Of a DNA stretch of 64,000 bases, positions 43,034-54,185 are shown piece by piece. Each line of letters begins with the position of its first letter. The first letter of the stretch is position 1. The translations under genes were made by a program, and so were the position numbers. The stretch is from positions 1-64,000 of IMG/VR virus record IMGVR_UViG_3300021431_000093. One strand, 5' to 3'. Below the pieces are notes generated by a model. The model had not been told where the DNA came from, did no database searches, and worked only from the letters and a program-made list of their open reading frames with translations. Origin of the DNA: a virus (taxonomy: Duplodnaviria > Caudoviricetes).

Positions 43034-44350
43034 TTAAACTGTAACATCTTTAATCGTTACTTCTTCATCAGTCAATATAATATTAATATCGAATGATTCA
43101 ACTGCTTCGATTGGTTGAATTGTTAAGGTAGCCTTGATAGTTGCTTTTTTATCAGCTACTTCTTTTGTCCATTTATACCAAGAGATACCTCTACCACTCT
43201 TCATTCTATCTAATAAAGAGTTTGCTAAAGTCTTGAAATTAATCCAGACTATATCATCATTAGGTTCAAATGTACATCTCATTGCTGTATGATAAATCTG
43301 TTTCTTAATATCACAAAGTAACATTCTGACATTTAAGAAATTCATATATCTATCAGCTAAAACTGAATTTGTCTTATTAACAACTCTATTACCCCAAATT
43401 CTATAACCGTATGTACCAGCATTATAAATTGGGTTAATCATGATATTTAATTGCTGACCTGCTTCTTCATCACCTTGTAAAGTATGCATTAATGCTTCAC
43501 CAACATCAAATGAAGGTTTAACTAAACCAGGGATATAACCTCTAACTGTACCAGCTGCAGCAAACCAGTTTGCATTACTCTTAACACTTTCTGCATATGC
43601 CATTAAGTAACCAAAACTTGCAGGCATTAATACTGTACTTTGAGTATTATTAGCAGTTGTTGTAAAGTTGAACCATGGGAAGAAAGCTGCTGAGTATAAA
43701 TCTCCTGCTCCATCAGGTGTGTATTGTTCCTGAATCATATCAAATAATTCAGTCTCATTTTCAACAAAATCTTTAAATTCAATTAAAGCAATTGCATCAC
43801 CTCTAGCTTCAGCTAACTCTCTGATTGCAGTGTAGGATGTTGTTGTTTTTGATATAACTTCATCATCTACAGTAACTTCATAAGTCTTACCGCAGTTAGC
43901 ATATCCACCAGTTGTGATAAATTTAATATTAAATAAGTTCCTATTTTTGAACTCGTCTAAATCTCCATTATTAATGCATCCTTCAACCAAATTATATGCT
44001 TCATCTTCAGATAAGTCATTACCTACTGTAGCATTTTCATATAATAAAGGTTTGACGACCACATTTAATCCTTGTAATAAGAGTTCATACGCCATAATGT
44101 ACGATTTATCTAAACCACTATCAACCGTGACTGTATGTCCGGATGCTCAACCCCTAAAGGCATTTGCACTGGTGAATAATCTCGAGACGGCTTCAGTATC
44201 AGTATAGATAACTTCCGTAGCATTGGTATTCTCATCAGTACTGGTTTCATAACTTCTAGCGTACAACATAGGGACTAGGACTGTATTTTCTGTAATATCA
44301 AATGCGGCTAATGAAACAGCTTCCTGTTCGCGAATTTTAATATTAGGCAT
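43034..44350 (-). CDS. tail sheath protein (438 aa, TGA=Trp)
   Basis: RGDAIAL, FFPW, WFAAAG..RG, INPI, IWGNR, LNVR and FEPND motifs; N-terminal exon-like ORF joined through one TGA. Confidence 0.92.
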
Positions 44351-44368
44351 GTTTATCCATTCTCTCCT

Positions 44369-44965
44369 TTAATCTTGTACTTTTATATCCCCACTATATT
44401 CAATATTCCAGTTATCCATAAATGGAACACTAAATAAGTAAGCATCATCTATTGTCAATCTAATTGACATTCTTGTAAATTGTCCACTAATTAATCTCTC
44501 AGGAATATCTGAATTATCAGACACTGTACTTTCAATCATTAAAGTAGAATCATGGACAATATTCGCATTGTTATAAGGTATTTCAATATGTAAATTAGGA
44601 TAATTTATAATATTGAAAATAAAATTTCTTACATATTCATCTGCTTCAGCAAAATATTTACAATATATATCCAACTGATATGATAACCTAATAGGTATAC
44701 CATTCAACAATTCTGATTTTTCACAATTAGCAGCTATATGACCACCATCATATGATAGAGGTTTTTTAGTTGTACTTATTATTTCAAAATCATTATCTCT
44801 TGAAATAGCAATAAGTGGTAATGTTAAAGGTTCATCATTTGATTGATCAGCTCTTAATTGAAATAACCTTGTTGATTCAGATGGCTTTAATATTTTCATA
44901 TTAGGATCCTTAACTCATTTTTTAATTTTATCAGTTAAGGCATCATCATAAAATCTAATAGCCAA
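44369..44965 (-). CDS. tail terminator / neck protein, gp15-like (TGA=Trp)
   Basis: TTG start with AAGGAG SD; LPLIAISR...PIRLSYQLDIY. Confidence 0.7.
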
Positions 44966-45323
44966 TTAATCACTCCTTATATAATATATCTATATTATTA
45001 TGGACCAAATTAAATATCTTTTCAATTAAAGGATAACCTTTACAAGTTCTATTACCATAGGTTATCATATTTACTAATGAATTTAAATTGTTACCTTTAT
45101 ATCTTATATTTTTATTTATTGTGATTGTATAATTTGTAGATGATTCTTTTATAATCAAATTCCTAACAGCTAATTTAAATACTTGATATGTATTCACATT
45201 AAATTCTTTATCTATTTTTTGTACTTCAATGTAATTAAACGTATCAGTAACTTTTTTACCAATATAGTCAACTATATAATCTATAAAATCTTTACTATAA
45301 ACTTTGTCTATTGTTAATTTCAT
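44955..45323 (-). CDS. hypothetical neck/tail protein
   Basis: ITYGNRTCKGYP motif; TGA near the end, TAG at 44955. Confidence 0.65.
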
Positions 45324-46009
45324 TAGATAAGATTATTCTGCTTAATGTAGTCAACTATACCTTGTCGCTGTAATAAACTATCAATCATTTCTCTAGCTTG
45401 CTGATCATTAAGATTTTGAGCTTGTGATCTATTATTTCTTGTAGAAACACCACTATTCTTTAATGCTTGTTCTATACCAGCAATTGATTTTAATGATTTA
45501 CCATCACCTTCATAGAATATACTTGTTAATTTAGATTCATCAAAACCTTTTTCTATACAATCATTTAATAATCTTAAGACATCCCTAAATTCATCATCAC
45601 TTCTAGTGTAAAGGTTTAATCTAGGATTATTCTTAATAACGATATTTTTTCAAAAGTTATTTTTTAAATCATCATTACTTATACTTCCATCAGAATAAGC
45701 ATTATATACTTTTGTAAATGAATCAACTGATTGAAGTGGAGCATCATGATCATTTATCATTCTTAATAAATTCATGAACTCATTATTTACACGACCAAGT
45801 TCCACTCACTTCATAGCATTAACTCATCTATTTACATAATCAATACCATAATTTAAAATTATTTTTATTGTTTCCCTTGGAATACGAGCACTATCTTCAA
45901 GAAATTCAGCAAGAACCATTAATCTATCATTTCCATAAGCAGCATTGTAAGCTTCTTCAGCCATTTGTACAGTATTATACTTGGCCTCATTTAATCTTCT
46001 TACTTTCAT
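45323..46009 (-). CDS. hypothetical virion protein (228 aa, TGA=Trp)
   Basis: open under code 4; N-terminus MKVRRLNE. Confidence 0.7.
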
Positions 46010-46512
46010 TTAAAATGCTCCTCATCTTCTTGATTTAATAAATTAAAATCACTATCGACAAATAATTCTGTATCAGCTCTTTCAACATTTGTTTCGTATT
46101 CTTGAACAAGTCTACAAGTAATACTTGCTGGATAAATTGCTATAGCTGACATTTCAACTACTCTGAATTTTCTACCTTGAGTATTATCAAATGCTGATGG
46201 TATTTTAAATAAACAACCAACTTGTAAATTTTCTAAATCATATGGTACACTAATAAGTGATGCTTGATCTTGTAATTCAGAATTTCAACCTAATTTTTTT
46301 GCTGTTTTCTGATCAATATTTTCATTAAATATACAACCAACTCGAAGGGGTTCACTATATGAAGTATCTAGTTCCCCTTGAGTAGTGTACTGTTTATTCT
46401 GGAGTGGATATTGGTATTCACAAAATACACCCCTTAATGTTACCATTTCATTGAAGTATCTTCTTTGAAGTTGAACATTAGGTTGTACTAATCTTCCGTA
46501 GTCCTTCTCCAT
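46000..46512 (-). CDS. head closure / neck protein, gp14-like (TGA=Trp)
   Basis: KKLG[W]NSE...LQVGCLF...FRVVE; position among neck genes. Confidence 0.65.
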
Positions 46513-46520
46513 AATAACTC

Positions 46521-48320
46521 CTATTTTCTTACGGCTCTTCCGTAAACTCTAGTTGCTTCAGACTCATTAGATTCATTAATTGTCTTTGCTGTATAGTTAT
46601 AAATTAAACTTTCAGAAATGAACTTTTTATCAGATAAAGTACCTTTTAATACGAATGCTTTATTTGATTTTGAGAATGTTTCATTCTTTCCTTCAGTTAC
46701 AACTTTACCTCTCTTCGTATTCTTAAAACCTTCAAATACGAATGAGGTCTTCTTTTCTTTACCAGAATTGAATTTAATTAATCCTTCAACAACTAACTGA
46801 CCTTTATTTAAAGTTACACCTGTTGTCTTAAAAGAATTTACATTTTCATAAACTCTATGAAGATATGATTCACCGATTTCATCAAATGATTCTTCATCGA
46901 ATTCATCAATGTCTAACTCATCTTCAGCTGGTTCTTCTTCAGCAGCTACTTCTTCAGCTGATTGTTCTTCATTATTTTCAATGTCTGTAATTTCTTCAGC
47001 ATCCAATGGAGCAATCATTTCATCTTCAGATGCAGCTTCTGGTTCTTCAGGATTACCAACTTCAACAACTACTTTACCATCTTCAGTTTTAACTTCAATA
47101 TCCTGTTCATCTGTATGAACTTCAACTTCGTTGAGGTCTTCTTTCAAGTCTTTAACTGGTTCTTCCTTAGGATCAATTAATTTTTCAGCATCTTCAGATT
47201 GAACTTCTTTCAAATCTTCACCTAAAGATTCTTGAGTAGGAGCATTAGCAAATAATAAATTTAATAATGCTTCAGTATATTCATCCTGTGCTAAATCAGC
47301 AGCATCAGCTAAATCACCAAATCCTTCTTCATTACACCACTCTGGATCATAATCAGGAATATCTTTAGCGATAGTAAATGCTAAATTATCATTTAAATCG
47401 ACTAACTTATCATTTAAATATTCACTGACTAATTCTCTTACAGCCTGTGCATCTTCAGTAAGTTTAGATTCATTAACAACTAACTTATCAGGAATTTCAG
47501 TTGTAGGATTCTCCATTGGAGTTTCTAAATCATGATCATCTTCAACTGCTCTGTCAGGATCAACTCCAACTTTATCTGGATCTTCAAACTCCTCATGAAG
47601 TTCATCATCAGCATCAACATTAATAGCTACATCATCACTATCTTCAGGTTGATCAACATGAACATCAATGTCTTCATCAAAATCTCTATCATCTAAACTA
47701 AAGAATTTATCATTGAAATTCTTTTCAGCTTTTTCAAATCCAGCCTTAGTGTTTGTACCACCGTTGACTTCATTCTCATAAGCAACATCTGATAAAGCAT
47801 TATAAACATCACCGTTTAACATTTCCTGATCAACAGATCCATCTTCGAACCTATCTTCATTTAATGCTTCTTTAAGTGCTTCACCAATCTCTTCATCGGA
47901 AATATCTGGTTCTTCTTCTACTTCAACTTCCTCTTCATCTTTTGGTTCTTCTTTAAAAGCATCAGCATCAAACTTTTCAATCCTACCGATAACATTCCAT
48001 CCAAAAGCATTACTACATACTGGACATTCTTCCTCGACATTTGCGAGACCCGAATCCTCATCAATAATTACATCTGCGATGTCCTTGTAAATTCTTGTAT
48101 GACAGCTGTCACATTCAAGAATAACTTTACCAATATAATTATCTTGGAGGTCTTCAACTTCGTCAGCCTCAACATCAATAATTTCTTCTTCAGCAGGCGC
48201 TTCGATGTCATCAGCTACAAAGCTCTGTAATTCATCTATAACACCCTGATCAGCAGTCAAGTTAAAATCGTCTTCGAGTAATTTTAAACTTTGGAAAGCT
48301 TCTTTAAGGTAAAATTCCAT
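46521..48320 (-). CDS. large acidic head-associated protein with a Zn ribbon
   Basis: 599 aa, very D/E-rich; CDSC...CPVC; many LxE motifs. Confidence 0.75.
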   Translation of the reverse strand: MEFYLKEAFQSLKLLEDDFNLTADQGVIDELQSFVADDIEAPAEEEIIDVEADEVEDLQDNYIGKVILECDSCHTRIYKDIADVIIDEDSGLANVEEECPVCSNAFGWNVIGRIEKFDADAFKEEPKDEEEVEVEEEPDISDEEIGEALKEALNEDRFEDGSVDQEMLNGDVYNALSDVAYENEVNGGTNTKAGFEKAEKNFNDKFFSLDDRDFDEDIDVHVDQPEDSDDVAINVDADDELHEEFEDPDKVGVDPDRAVEDDHDLETPMENPTTEIPDKLVVNESKLTEDAQAVRELVSEYLNDKLVDLNDNLAFTIAKDIPDYDPEWCNEEGFGDLADAADLAQDEYTEALLNLLFANAPTQESLGEDLKEVQSEDAEKLIDPKEEPVKDLKEDLNEVEVHTDEQDIEVKTEDGKVVVEVGNPEEPEAASEDEMIAPLDAEEITDIENNEEQSAEEVAAEEEPAEDELDIDEFDEESFDEIGESYLHRVYENVNSFKTTGVTLNKGQLVVEGLIKFNSGKEKKTSFVFEGFKNTKRGKVVTEGKNETFSKSNKAFVLKGTLSDKKFISESLIYNYTAKTINESNESEATRVYGRAVRK

Positions 48321-48357
48321 TACTTTTATTCCTCCGTAAAAATTATTTTATTTATAA

Positions 48358-48368
48358 TAAATTTAGCA
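48358..48368 (-). promoter_or_regulatory. putative late promoter TGCTAAATTTA
   Basis: conserved 11-mer; forms an inverted repeat with 48378-48386. Confidence 0.6.
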
Positions 48369-48406
48369 ACTTCTAAATGCTAAATTATGAAACATTTTTC
48401 AGAAAA

Positions 48407-49105
48407 CTAATCAAGAGGTAAAACTAAATCAGTTGCAACTCTTAACTGTTCCCTTAATGTAGTTAATTCACTATTACCCTCTTCAAGTAGTGTTGCTCCA
48501 TCATCTGACCATAACGCATTTGATTGAGTATACCTTGTTCTAATTCTTCCTAAAATTATTTTAGCATAAGCAATAGATAATTTTAATAAAATATCTTGTC
48601 AGTAATTTGTAACTACTTCAGATGCATCATGTAATTTAGGTACAAACTCTATAACTACTTCAGATGGTTGACCATTGGTGTAATTAACATACAACTTTTT
48701 ATTTATTTCATCATATCTAAAATCCATATCAGTTGATGCTGTATTGGATATTTGTTGAGCAGTGGCATAATTTAAATATCTATATACTCAATCAGTTGTA
48801 TAATAATTAGATGATATATTATACATCTGTAATTGAGAAACATATGCAGGGTCTGATGTAACATTTCCTGTCCCTAATCCTGATATTCTATGCACAGCAA
48901 TAACTGATTCTATTTGTGGATATTCTACTATATCAATACAACTGGATGCTGGTACCTGAATAATGTTGGTAACATTATAATACCTATTCATTTCTTCCAT
49001 TGCCATATTAATGACTTTTTCTATACCTTTATCATCCAATTCACAATCTATAATTCCACCAGTTAATTGGAATTTAATCTTATCTATATAATCCTTAACT
49101 TCCAT
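48407..49105 (-). CDS. neck protein, T4 gp13-like (TGA=Trp)
   Basis: YIDKIKFQLTGG...Y[W]QDILLKLSIAYAKIILGRIRTRY...DGATLLEEG. Confidence 0.8.
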
Positions 49106-49863
49106 TATTCAATTTCCTCCTCAGGTTCTTCCTCAGGTATCTCTTCAATTTCCTCTTCCTCTTCAGGTTCTTCAAGAGGTACTTCATCCACATCAACAAG
49201 CTCATCTTCAGGTGGTTCAATTATACCTTGATCAAGTGCTCTTTGATATGATACTCCGTAAATAGCAGGAAATATAACGTTAAAATATTTATCTGGATAA
49301 TGCTCTTCCATATATGTAACATAATTAGTAATACAAGATGCCAATTTCAATGCTCAATCAAGATCAGCTAATACTTTCATTACATGTTTACAACCAGCAC
49401 CTTTAGAATCATTAGGATTTGTAATTCTAGCAGGAACTATTTGAGGTTGCCCTGAATTATATCTACCTTTACTTGCTCAATATGACATCCTATAAGTAAA
49501 ATCAGGACAATTACAACTTACATAAATATCTTGTTTATTAATTGCATCAATTATTGCCCTATAAACTACTTTATATTCAAATGATCATGAATTATTTTGA
49601 AGTTCTCTATTTATAGCATCCAATATACCATCAAAAAGAACCTCTACTTCATAATTTCCGTGTTCACCTTGAATAGGAATTATAAAGGAGAGTAAATTTG
49701 CCTTATATAGGGCATTCATATCAATTTTATTAAAAGCACTTACAGAATTATAAACATGTTGCAAATCTTTACGTTCATATCTTGTAGTTCCGTAAGACTT
49801 TGTAATATCTGCACTTCTACTTTTTGATAGTAATTGTGATCTTGTTTTCTCTTCTAACTTCAT
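49105..49863 (-). CDS. SWIM zinc-finger protein (252 aa, TGA=Trp)
   Basis: VSCNCPDF...GCKH appears only after read-through; acidic C-terminal tail. Confidence 0.8.
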
Positions 49864-49867
49864 ATAT

Positions 49868-49878
49868 TAAATTTAGCA
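49868..49878 (-). promoter_or_regulatory. putative late promoter, directly before the ATG
   Basis: TGCTAAATTTAATAT-ATG. Confidence 0.6.
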
Positions 49879-49907
49879 GTTCCTTCTAAAAGATTATACA
49901 ATTAAAA

Positions 49908-49933
49908 GGACAGGGAACTATATCTCCCTGTCC
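49908..49933 (-). terminator. rho-independent terminator
   Basis: GGACAGGGA...TCCCTGTCC stem followed by TTTT. Confidence 0.7.
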
Positions 49934-50082
49934 ATGTGTAACTTAATATACTCTTGATCCTTTGGATTATCAGTGACTTCTAATAATCTCTTAAGTTGTC
50001 CCCTAAAGAATCTCTCACTTATTAATCCAGCATTCAACCTTGACTCTAAATCTTGAACAGATTTAATAATTGCTTTATTCAT
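49918..50082 (-). CDS. 54-aa protein below the ORF track cutoff
   Basis: late motif and GGAGG SD upstream, own terminator; MNKAIIKSVQDLESRLNAG... Confidence 0.6.
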   Translation of the reverse strand: MNKAIIKSVQDLESRLNAGLISERFFRGQLKRLLEVTDNPKDQEYIKLHMDREI

Positions 50083-50101
50083 TATTGAAACCCTCCAATA
50101 T

Positions 50102-50112
50102 TAAATTTAGCA
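50102..50112 (-). promoter_or_regulatory. putative late promoter
   Basis: TGCTAAATTTAATA. Confidence 0.6.
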
Positions 50113-50114
50113 GA

Positions 50115-50507
50115 CTATGACATCATAGATTTGTCTACAGAATCATCTTCCTTTAATACTGTACCTACGTGAAATACGTACTCTTCAGGACAATCAATAC
50201 AATTAAAATTTTCATCCAATATAATTAATTCCTGAAATATATCTATCTCAATAATATCATTTATTTTCTTAATATCATCATACTCCAATTTGATTGGTGA
50301 ATTTTCATTATAGAATTTGATACAATTGTTAGGATCTTTAACAATTAACATTGCCATTGTTGCAGCTTCTTCATATGTTTCAAATGATCTGTTAAATAAT
50401 CCTTTAAGGTTAAAATCAAATTCATTTTCTCCTTCATATAAAGGATATAAATAATAACTAACCATCATAGGACAGATTTGACTTTCATCTACTCTTACAT
50501 ATCTCAT
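50115..50507 (-). CDS. hypothetical protein
   Basis: 130-aa ORF downstream of the capsid terminator. Confidence 0.6.
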   Translation of the reverse strand: MRYVRVDESQICPMMVSYYLYPLYEGENEFDFNLKGLFNRSFETYEEAATMAMLIVKDPNNCIKFYNENSPIKLEYDDIKKINDIIEIDIFQELIILDENFNCIDCPEEYVFHVGTVLKEDDSVDKSMMS

Positions 50508-50522
50508 ATAATAGAATACAAT

Positions 50523-50551
50523 AAAAAAGAGGATCTTTCGATCCTCTTTTT
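50523..50551 (-). terminator. terminator after the major capsid gene
   Basis: AAAAAAGAGGATC-tttc-GATCCTCTTTTT. Confidence 0.85.
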
Positions 50552-50573
50552 ATAGTTAATTTAAATGCTTAAA

Positions 50574-51968
50574 TTACTCAGCGTGAACAATTAATGCACC
50601 ACCATCACCAGTTGTGATAGAAATCTTACTGAGTAATAATGGGTTGATAATCTTCATATCGTAGAGAGTAGAGAAGCCCTGGCTCATTCTACCATCAGCG
50701 AAACCAAGTAACTGAGTAGGAACAATTGGCATATAAGGAGCATAGATACCAACAGCAGTCTTACCATCAGCACCTAAAACACCAAGGTAGCAAACCTTTT
50801 CACCAATAGCAGGTGAAACGATTACCTTCATACCAGCGACTGTACCAGCAACATATGGACCATTAGCAACAGTGTTATTAGAAGCATTGAAGCCCTTAAC
50901 GAATGTTAAGATTGGCATAACATCTGGAGAAACTAACATCCAGTTAGGCATAAATCTACCGGTTCTCTTATAAACACGAGCCTTAGCTTCTTCTAACTTA
51001 CGAGCAAAGCCTTCAGCCTTCATGGAATAAGAAATAGTATCAAGTTCTTCATCGACCCAAGTAATTCTATCAGCTGCAGGAAGTTCAGCATCTTTAGCAT
51101 CAGCAGCAGCCTTAACTAAAAGAACAGCTTCACTATCAACTTCATACTCTAATTCAGCTTGAGCCTGCTGAGCAATAGTGGATTCGAAATCCATACCATA
51201 GTCTTGTTTAGCCTGGAAAGCAGCAAACTGAGAATATTCAACAGCTAATCTACGAGCTTTTGCAGTTAAAGCAATACCATTCATTCTAGCAACAACGGAT
51301 GGTAATTTGTCCTGAGGAATATACTGATTATCATAGATATATCTAACTTTATCACCAGCCTGAGCACCAGTAACAGTACCATCAGCAGCAACAGTTAATT
51401 TAGTATCACCTTCAGAACCTTCACCAATTAAATAAGCTTCAACAACAGGAGTCCAAGAAAGTTTAAGATTAGTACCTAATGTTTCAACAACAGCCTGTCC
51501 AGAGTAACGGACTCTGTTTTCAGTCATAGGACCAAAACCTTCAAATGGGCTATTGATCTTGTTATTAACATTCCAAGCAGTCTGATTATACTTGCTCATT
51601 GCAGAAGTGAATGGATCTTCTTCTAATTCACCACCAGCACCACCTTTAGGCTCACCAAGAGCATATTCCATATAAGTAACATAGCCAGAGAAACTTGCCA
51701 TTGGAGCAACCATGAAAATTTCATTGACGATGAAATTAGGAACAGCTAAAGCAGTAATATCCAAGCAGAATTGCTTGTAAGTACCAAGGTCAGCTCTCTG
51801 AGTACCAGCAGCAACCTTAAATGCTTCATTTAAATAAGTAGCAGTATTGTGTAAGCACTGAGCAGTTAACATCTTCTTGCTGTTGCTCATCTTCTCACCA
51901 GAGTTCTTCTGAGCGTAGTACTTTTCACTAATAGCAAGTCTACCCTTATAAGATTCTAATAAATTCAT
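50574..51968 (-). CDS. major capsid protein, T4 gp23-like
   Basis: VAPM...G.V, TAKARRL, ELEYEVDSE, NWMLVSP and IYAPYMP motifs; likely start MNLLES after GAAAGGA; codon bias typical of high expression. Confidence 0.92.
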   Translation of the reverse strand: MNLLESYKGRLAISEKYYAQKNSGEKMSNSKKMLTAQCLHNTATYLNEAFKVAAGTQRADLGTYKQFCLDITALAVPNFIVNEIFMVAPMASFSGYVTYMEYALGEPKGGAGGELEEDPFTSAMSKYNQTAWNVNNKINSPFEGFGPMTENRVRYSGQAVVETLGTNLKLSWTPVVEAYLIGEGSEGDTKLTVAADGTVTGAQAGDKVRYIYDNQYIPQDKLPSVVARMNGIALTAKARRLAVEYSQFAAFQAKQDYGMDFESTIAQQAQAELEYEVDSEAVLLVKAAADAKDAELPAADRITWVDEELDTISYSMKAEGFARKLEEAKARVYKRTGRFMPNWMLVSPDVMPILTFVKGFNASNNTVANGPYVAGTVAGMKVIVSPAIGEKVCYLGVLGADGKTAVGIYAPYMPIVPTQLLGFADGRMSQGFSTLYDMKIINPLLLSKISITTGDGGALIVHAE

Positions 51969-51984
51969 TCTATTTCCTTTCAAA

Positions 51985-54129
51985 TTATTTAATCATCTGT
52001 AATAAGTAATCGGACACTTCATCATCAGCTAATCTATTACCTTTGATATATTCATTCTGAGATGATTTAACATTAAACTGAACATTTTCATTTAATCTAA
52101 ATGGAAGTTTGCTCATATTTAATTTTTGTTCAACTAATTCATTGCAGATCGAATCAATATCCTTATAAGAATATGATTCATTTAATTGAGCCTTGATATT
52201 ATCTACTGAAAGACCACAAGCATCTGCCTTAACAGCGATGTATCTTTCTTTTGATTCTTTCAACGCTCTTTGGTACTTCTTCGTTAATGTAGTCATATCT
52301 GATAATTTCTTATTAGATTTTTCTACACTTTCCTTCAATACCTTGATTTGATTCTCTAAATCAGAAATTTTATTATCTGATTCAGTAAGTTTTGAAATGT
52401 TTTCTTTCTTGAATGTGATTAAACTATTTAATCTTTCATTCTTTGATTCGATTAATCTGTCCTTGTAATCAAGATCACTATTAAGTTTTTCTACACTTTC
52501 TTCAAGTGATTTAACCTTTTTAGCTGTATCGCTTAAATTAGCAGATACTTTCTTGTACTTTGTTAATTCTTCATTCAATTTTGTTTCTTTTGCACTGCAA
52601 ACTGATAATTTTTCCTGAAGTGACAAATTATCCTTTTCTAATTCACCATTTTTCAATAGTGCTTCTTGAAGTTCTTTCATCAAATCTTCCCTGGTATTAC
52701 CAGCATCTTCTTCAACTACTTGATCTTCTTTATCTGAACAGCCATCTTCGCTGACTGATTCTTTATTAAATTTAGCAAGAGATTGACAAGCTTTTTGAAT
52801 TTGATTTAAATCATTATTTAAGAAAGCCTTAGTAATCTTATCTTTTTCTGAATTATAATCATATTGTTTATCATATTCCAAGATACGACCGGTCATAGCA
52901 TTAATTCTGGATAAGATTCCCATTAATTCTCTTTGTTTATCTGGATCAGTAGGAATATCTTCATTAAGGCTATCCTGCTCAAACTCTAAATCATCAGCAT
53001 TCATTGATAATTGATCTGCCAAATCTCTTAATTCACCTACTAAATCTTGAACTGTATCTCCATTAACTGCGTAAGAACCTCTTACTGCATTTCTGACTTC
53101 ATACATTAAATCTTCAAGATTTCCAAATGTTTGCTCTAATTGACCTTGAATATGATCTCCCCAACCATCTTCATGTTCAAGTTCTTCATTTACTTGTTTT
53201 TCTAAAACATCTAATGAAGCAGAGATAATATTATCACCATCTCTATGAATACCTACATTACAAACAGTTGGTAAATTAGGAGTATCTAAATCACATAATT
53301 CATCAAAAATAGTACCTAAATCATCTTTTGTAACGTTATGATCAAGTTCCTTTCTTAACTGATAATGAACGTTACCAAATAACGTCTTACCTTTTCTTTC
53401 AACTTCTAAACCTAATTCAGCAAATTTATCTTCAATAGGTTTTAAATCTTCTTCTGTAGGTTCAACTAATTTTTCATCCAACTTAATATCTAAATTATCA
53501 AGTGTTTCTTTCATTATCTTTTTATCTTCCTCTGATGCTTTATCAAGTTCTTCAGTTAATCTTTGTTTTAAAGTCTTACCATACTTTTTATTTGCATCTA
53601 AAGACTCAACGAATGATAATCTTGCACTTTCTACTGCAGGAATTTCTACAAGGTCAAATGCATTTAATTGGTATGTATCTGGATCAACTTCTTCATTACC
53701 ATTGTAATCTTCTATAATATCTCCAGTACCTCTACTTGAAATACCAAATTTGTAACCATACTTTGCTAATTGATATGCAATTCTTCCGCAAGGTGTATCT
53801 ACTATATCAACATAAGCAATTAAATCACCCTTATTATCTTTCACAGGAGGTTCTGGCATAACAATTGCAATTTTCTCCATGTTGACATCTTCATAATCAG
53901 GGTGGCATAATTCACCAAATATTCCACCATTTTGGAAACGCTCTTTAATTAAATCTGAATTAAATAATTTTTCCCATAAATCCTGACTGTAATGACGTCC
54001 ATTTCTTGTTGGAGCTGCAAAACTGGCAACTGGTCCATAGAGTCTACCTAAAATTCCTTTTTTAGATTTTTCTTCAGGTGATATATTTTTAAATTTCAAT
54101 GAAGTATCTTCATTTAATTTTTTAATCAT
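51985..54129 (-). CDS. prohead protease fused to a scaffold-like coiled coil
   Basis: TRNGRHY, GELCHP, TPCGRI, GISSRGTG and FDLV.IPA (T4 gp21-like); C-terminal coiled coil. Confidence 0.9.
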   Translation of the reverse strand: MIKKLNEDTSLKFKNISPEEKSKKGILGRLYGPVASFAAPTRNGRHYSQDLWEKLFNSDLIKERFQNGGIFGELCHPDYEDVNMEKIAIVMPEPPVKDNKGDLIAYVDIVDTPCGRIAYQLAKYGYKFGISSRGTGDIIEDYNGNEEVDPDTYQLNAFDLVEIPAVESARLSFVESLDANKKYGKTLKQRLTEELDKASEEDKKIMKETLDNLDIKLDEKLVEPTEEDLKPIEDKFAELGLEVERKGKTLFGNVHYQLRKELDHNVTKDDLGTIFDELCDLDTPNLPTVCNVGIHRDGDNIISASLDVLEKQVNEELEHEDGWGDHIQGQLEQTFGNLEDLMYEVRNAVRGSYAVNGDTVQDLVGELRDLADQLSMNADDLEFEQDSLNEDIPTDPDKQRELMGILSRINAMTGRILEYDKQYDYNSEKDKITKAFLNNDLNQIQKACQSLAKFNKESVSEDGCSDKEDQVVEEDAGNTREDLMKELQEALLKNGELEKDNLSLQEKLSVCSAKETKLNEELTKYKKVSANLSDTAKKVKSLEESVEKLNSDLDYKDRLIESKNERLNSLITFKKENISKLTESDNKISDLENQIKVLKESVEKSNKKLSDMTTLTKKYQRALKESKERYIAVKADACGLSVDNIKAQLNESYSYKDIDSICNELVEQKLNMSKLPFRLNENVQFNVKSSQNEYIKGNRLADDEVSDYLLQMIK
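52767..52777 (-). promoter_or_regulatory. late-type motif inside the protease gene
   Basis: TGCTAAATTTAATA about 90 bp upstream of in-frame TTG-ATG (52683/52680). Confidence 0.45.
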
Positions 54130-54153
54130 TTATAACAACCTCCCGGCATATAT

Positions 54154-54164
54154 TAAATTTAGCA
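54154..54164 (-). promoter_or_regulatory. putative late promoter for protease and capsid genes
   Basis: TGCTAAATTTAATA followed by GGGAGG SD. Confidence 0.65.
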
Positions 54165-54185
54165 CTTTACCTTGAAACTTTTTCA

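Noticed and set aside
6453-53717. Plus-strand ORFs in the track (e.g. 39381-39890, 28109-28468, 43914-44207)
   Set aside because: They are antisense shadows of well-supported minus-strand genes and have no recognisable motifs.
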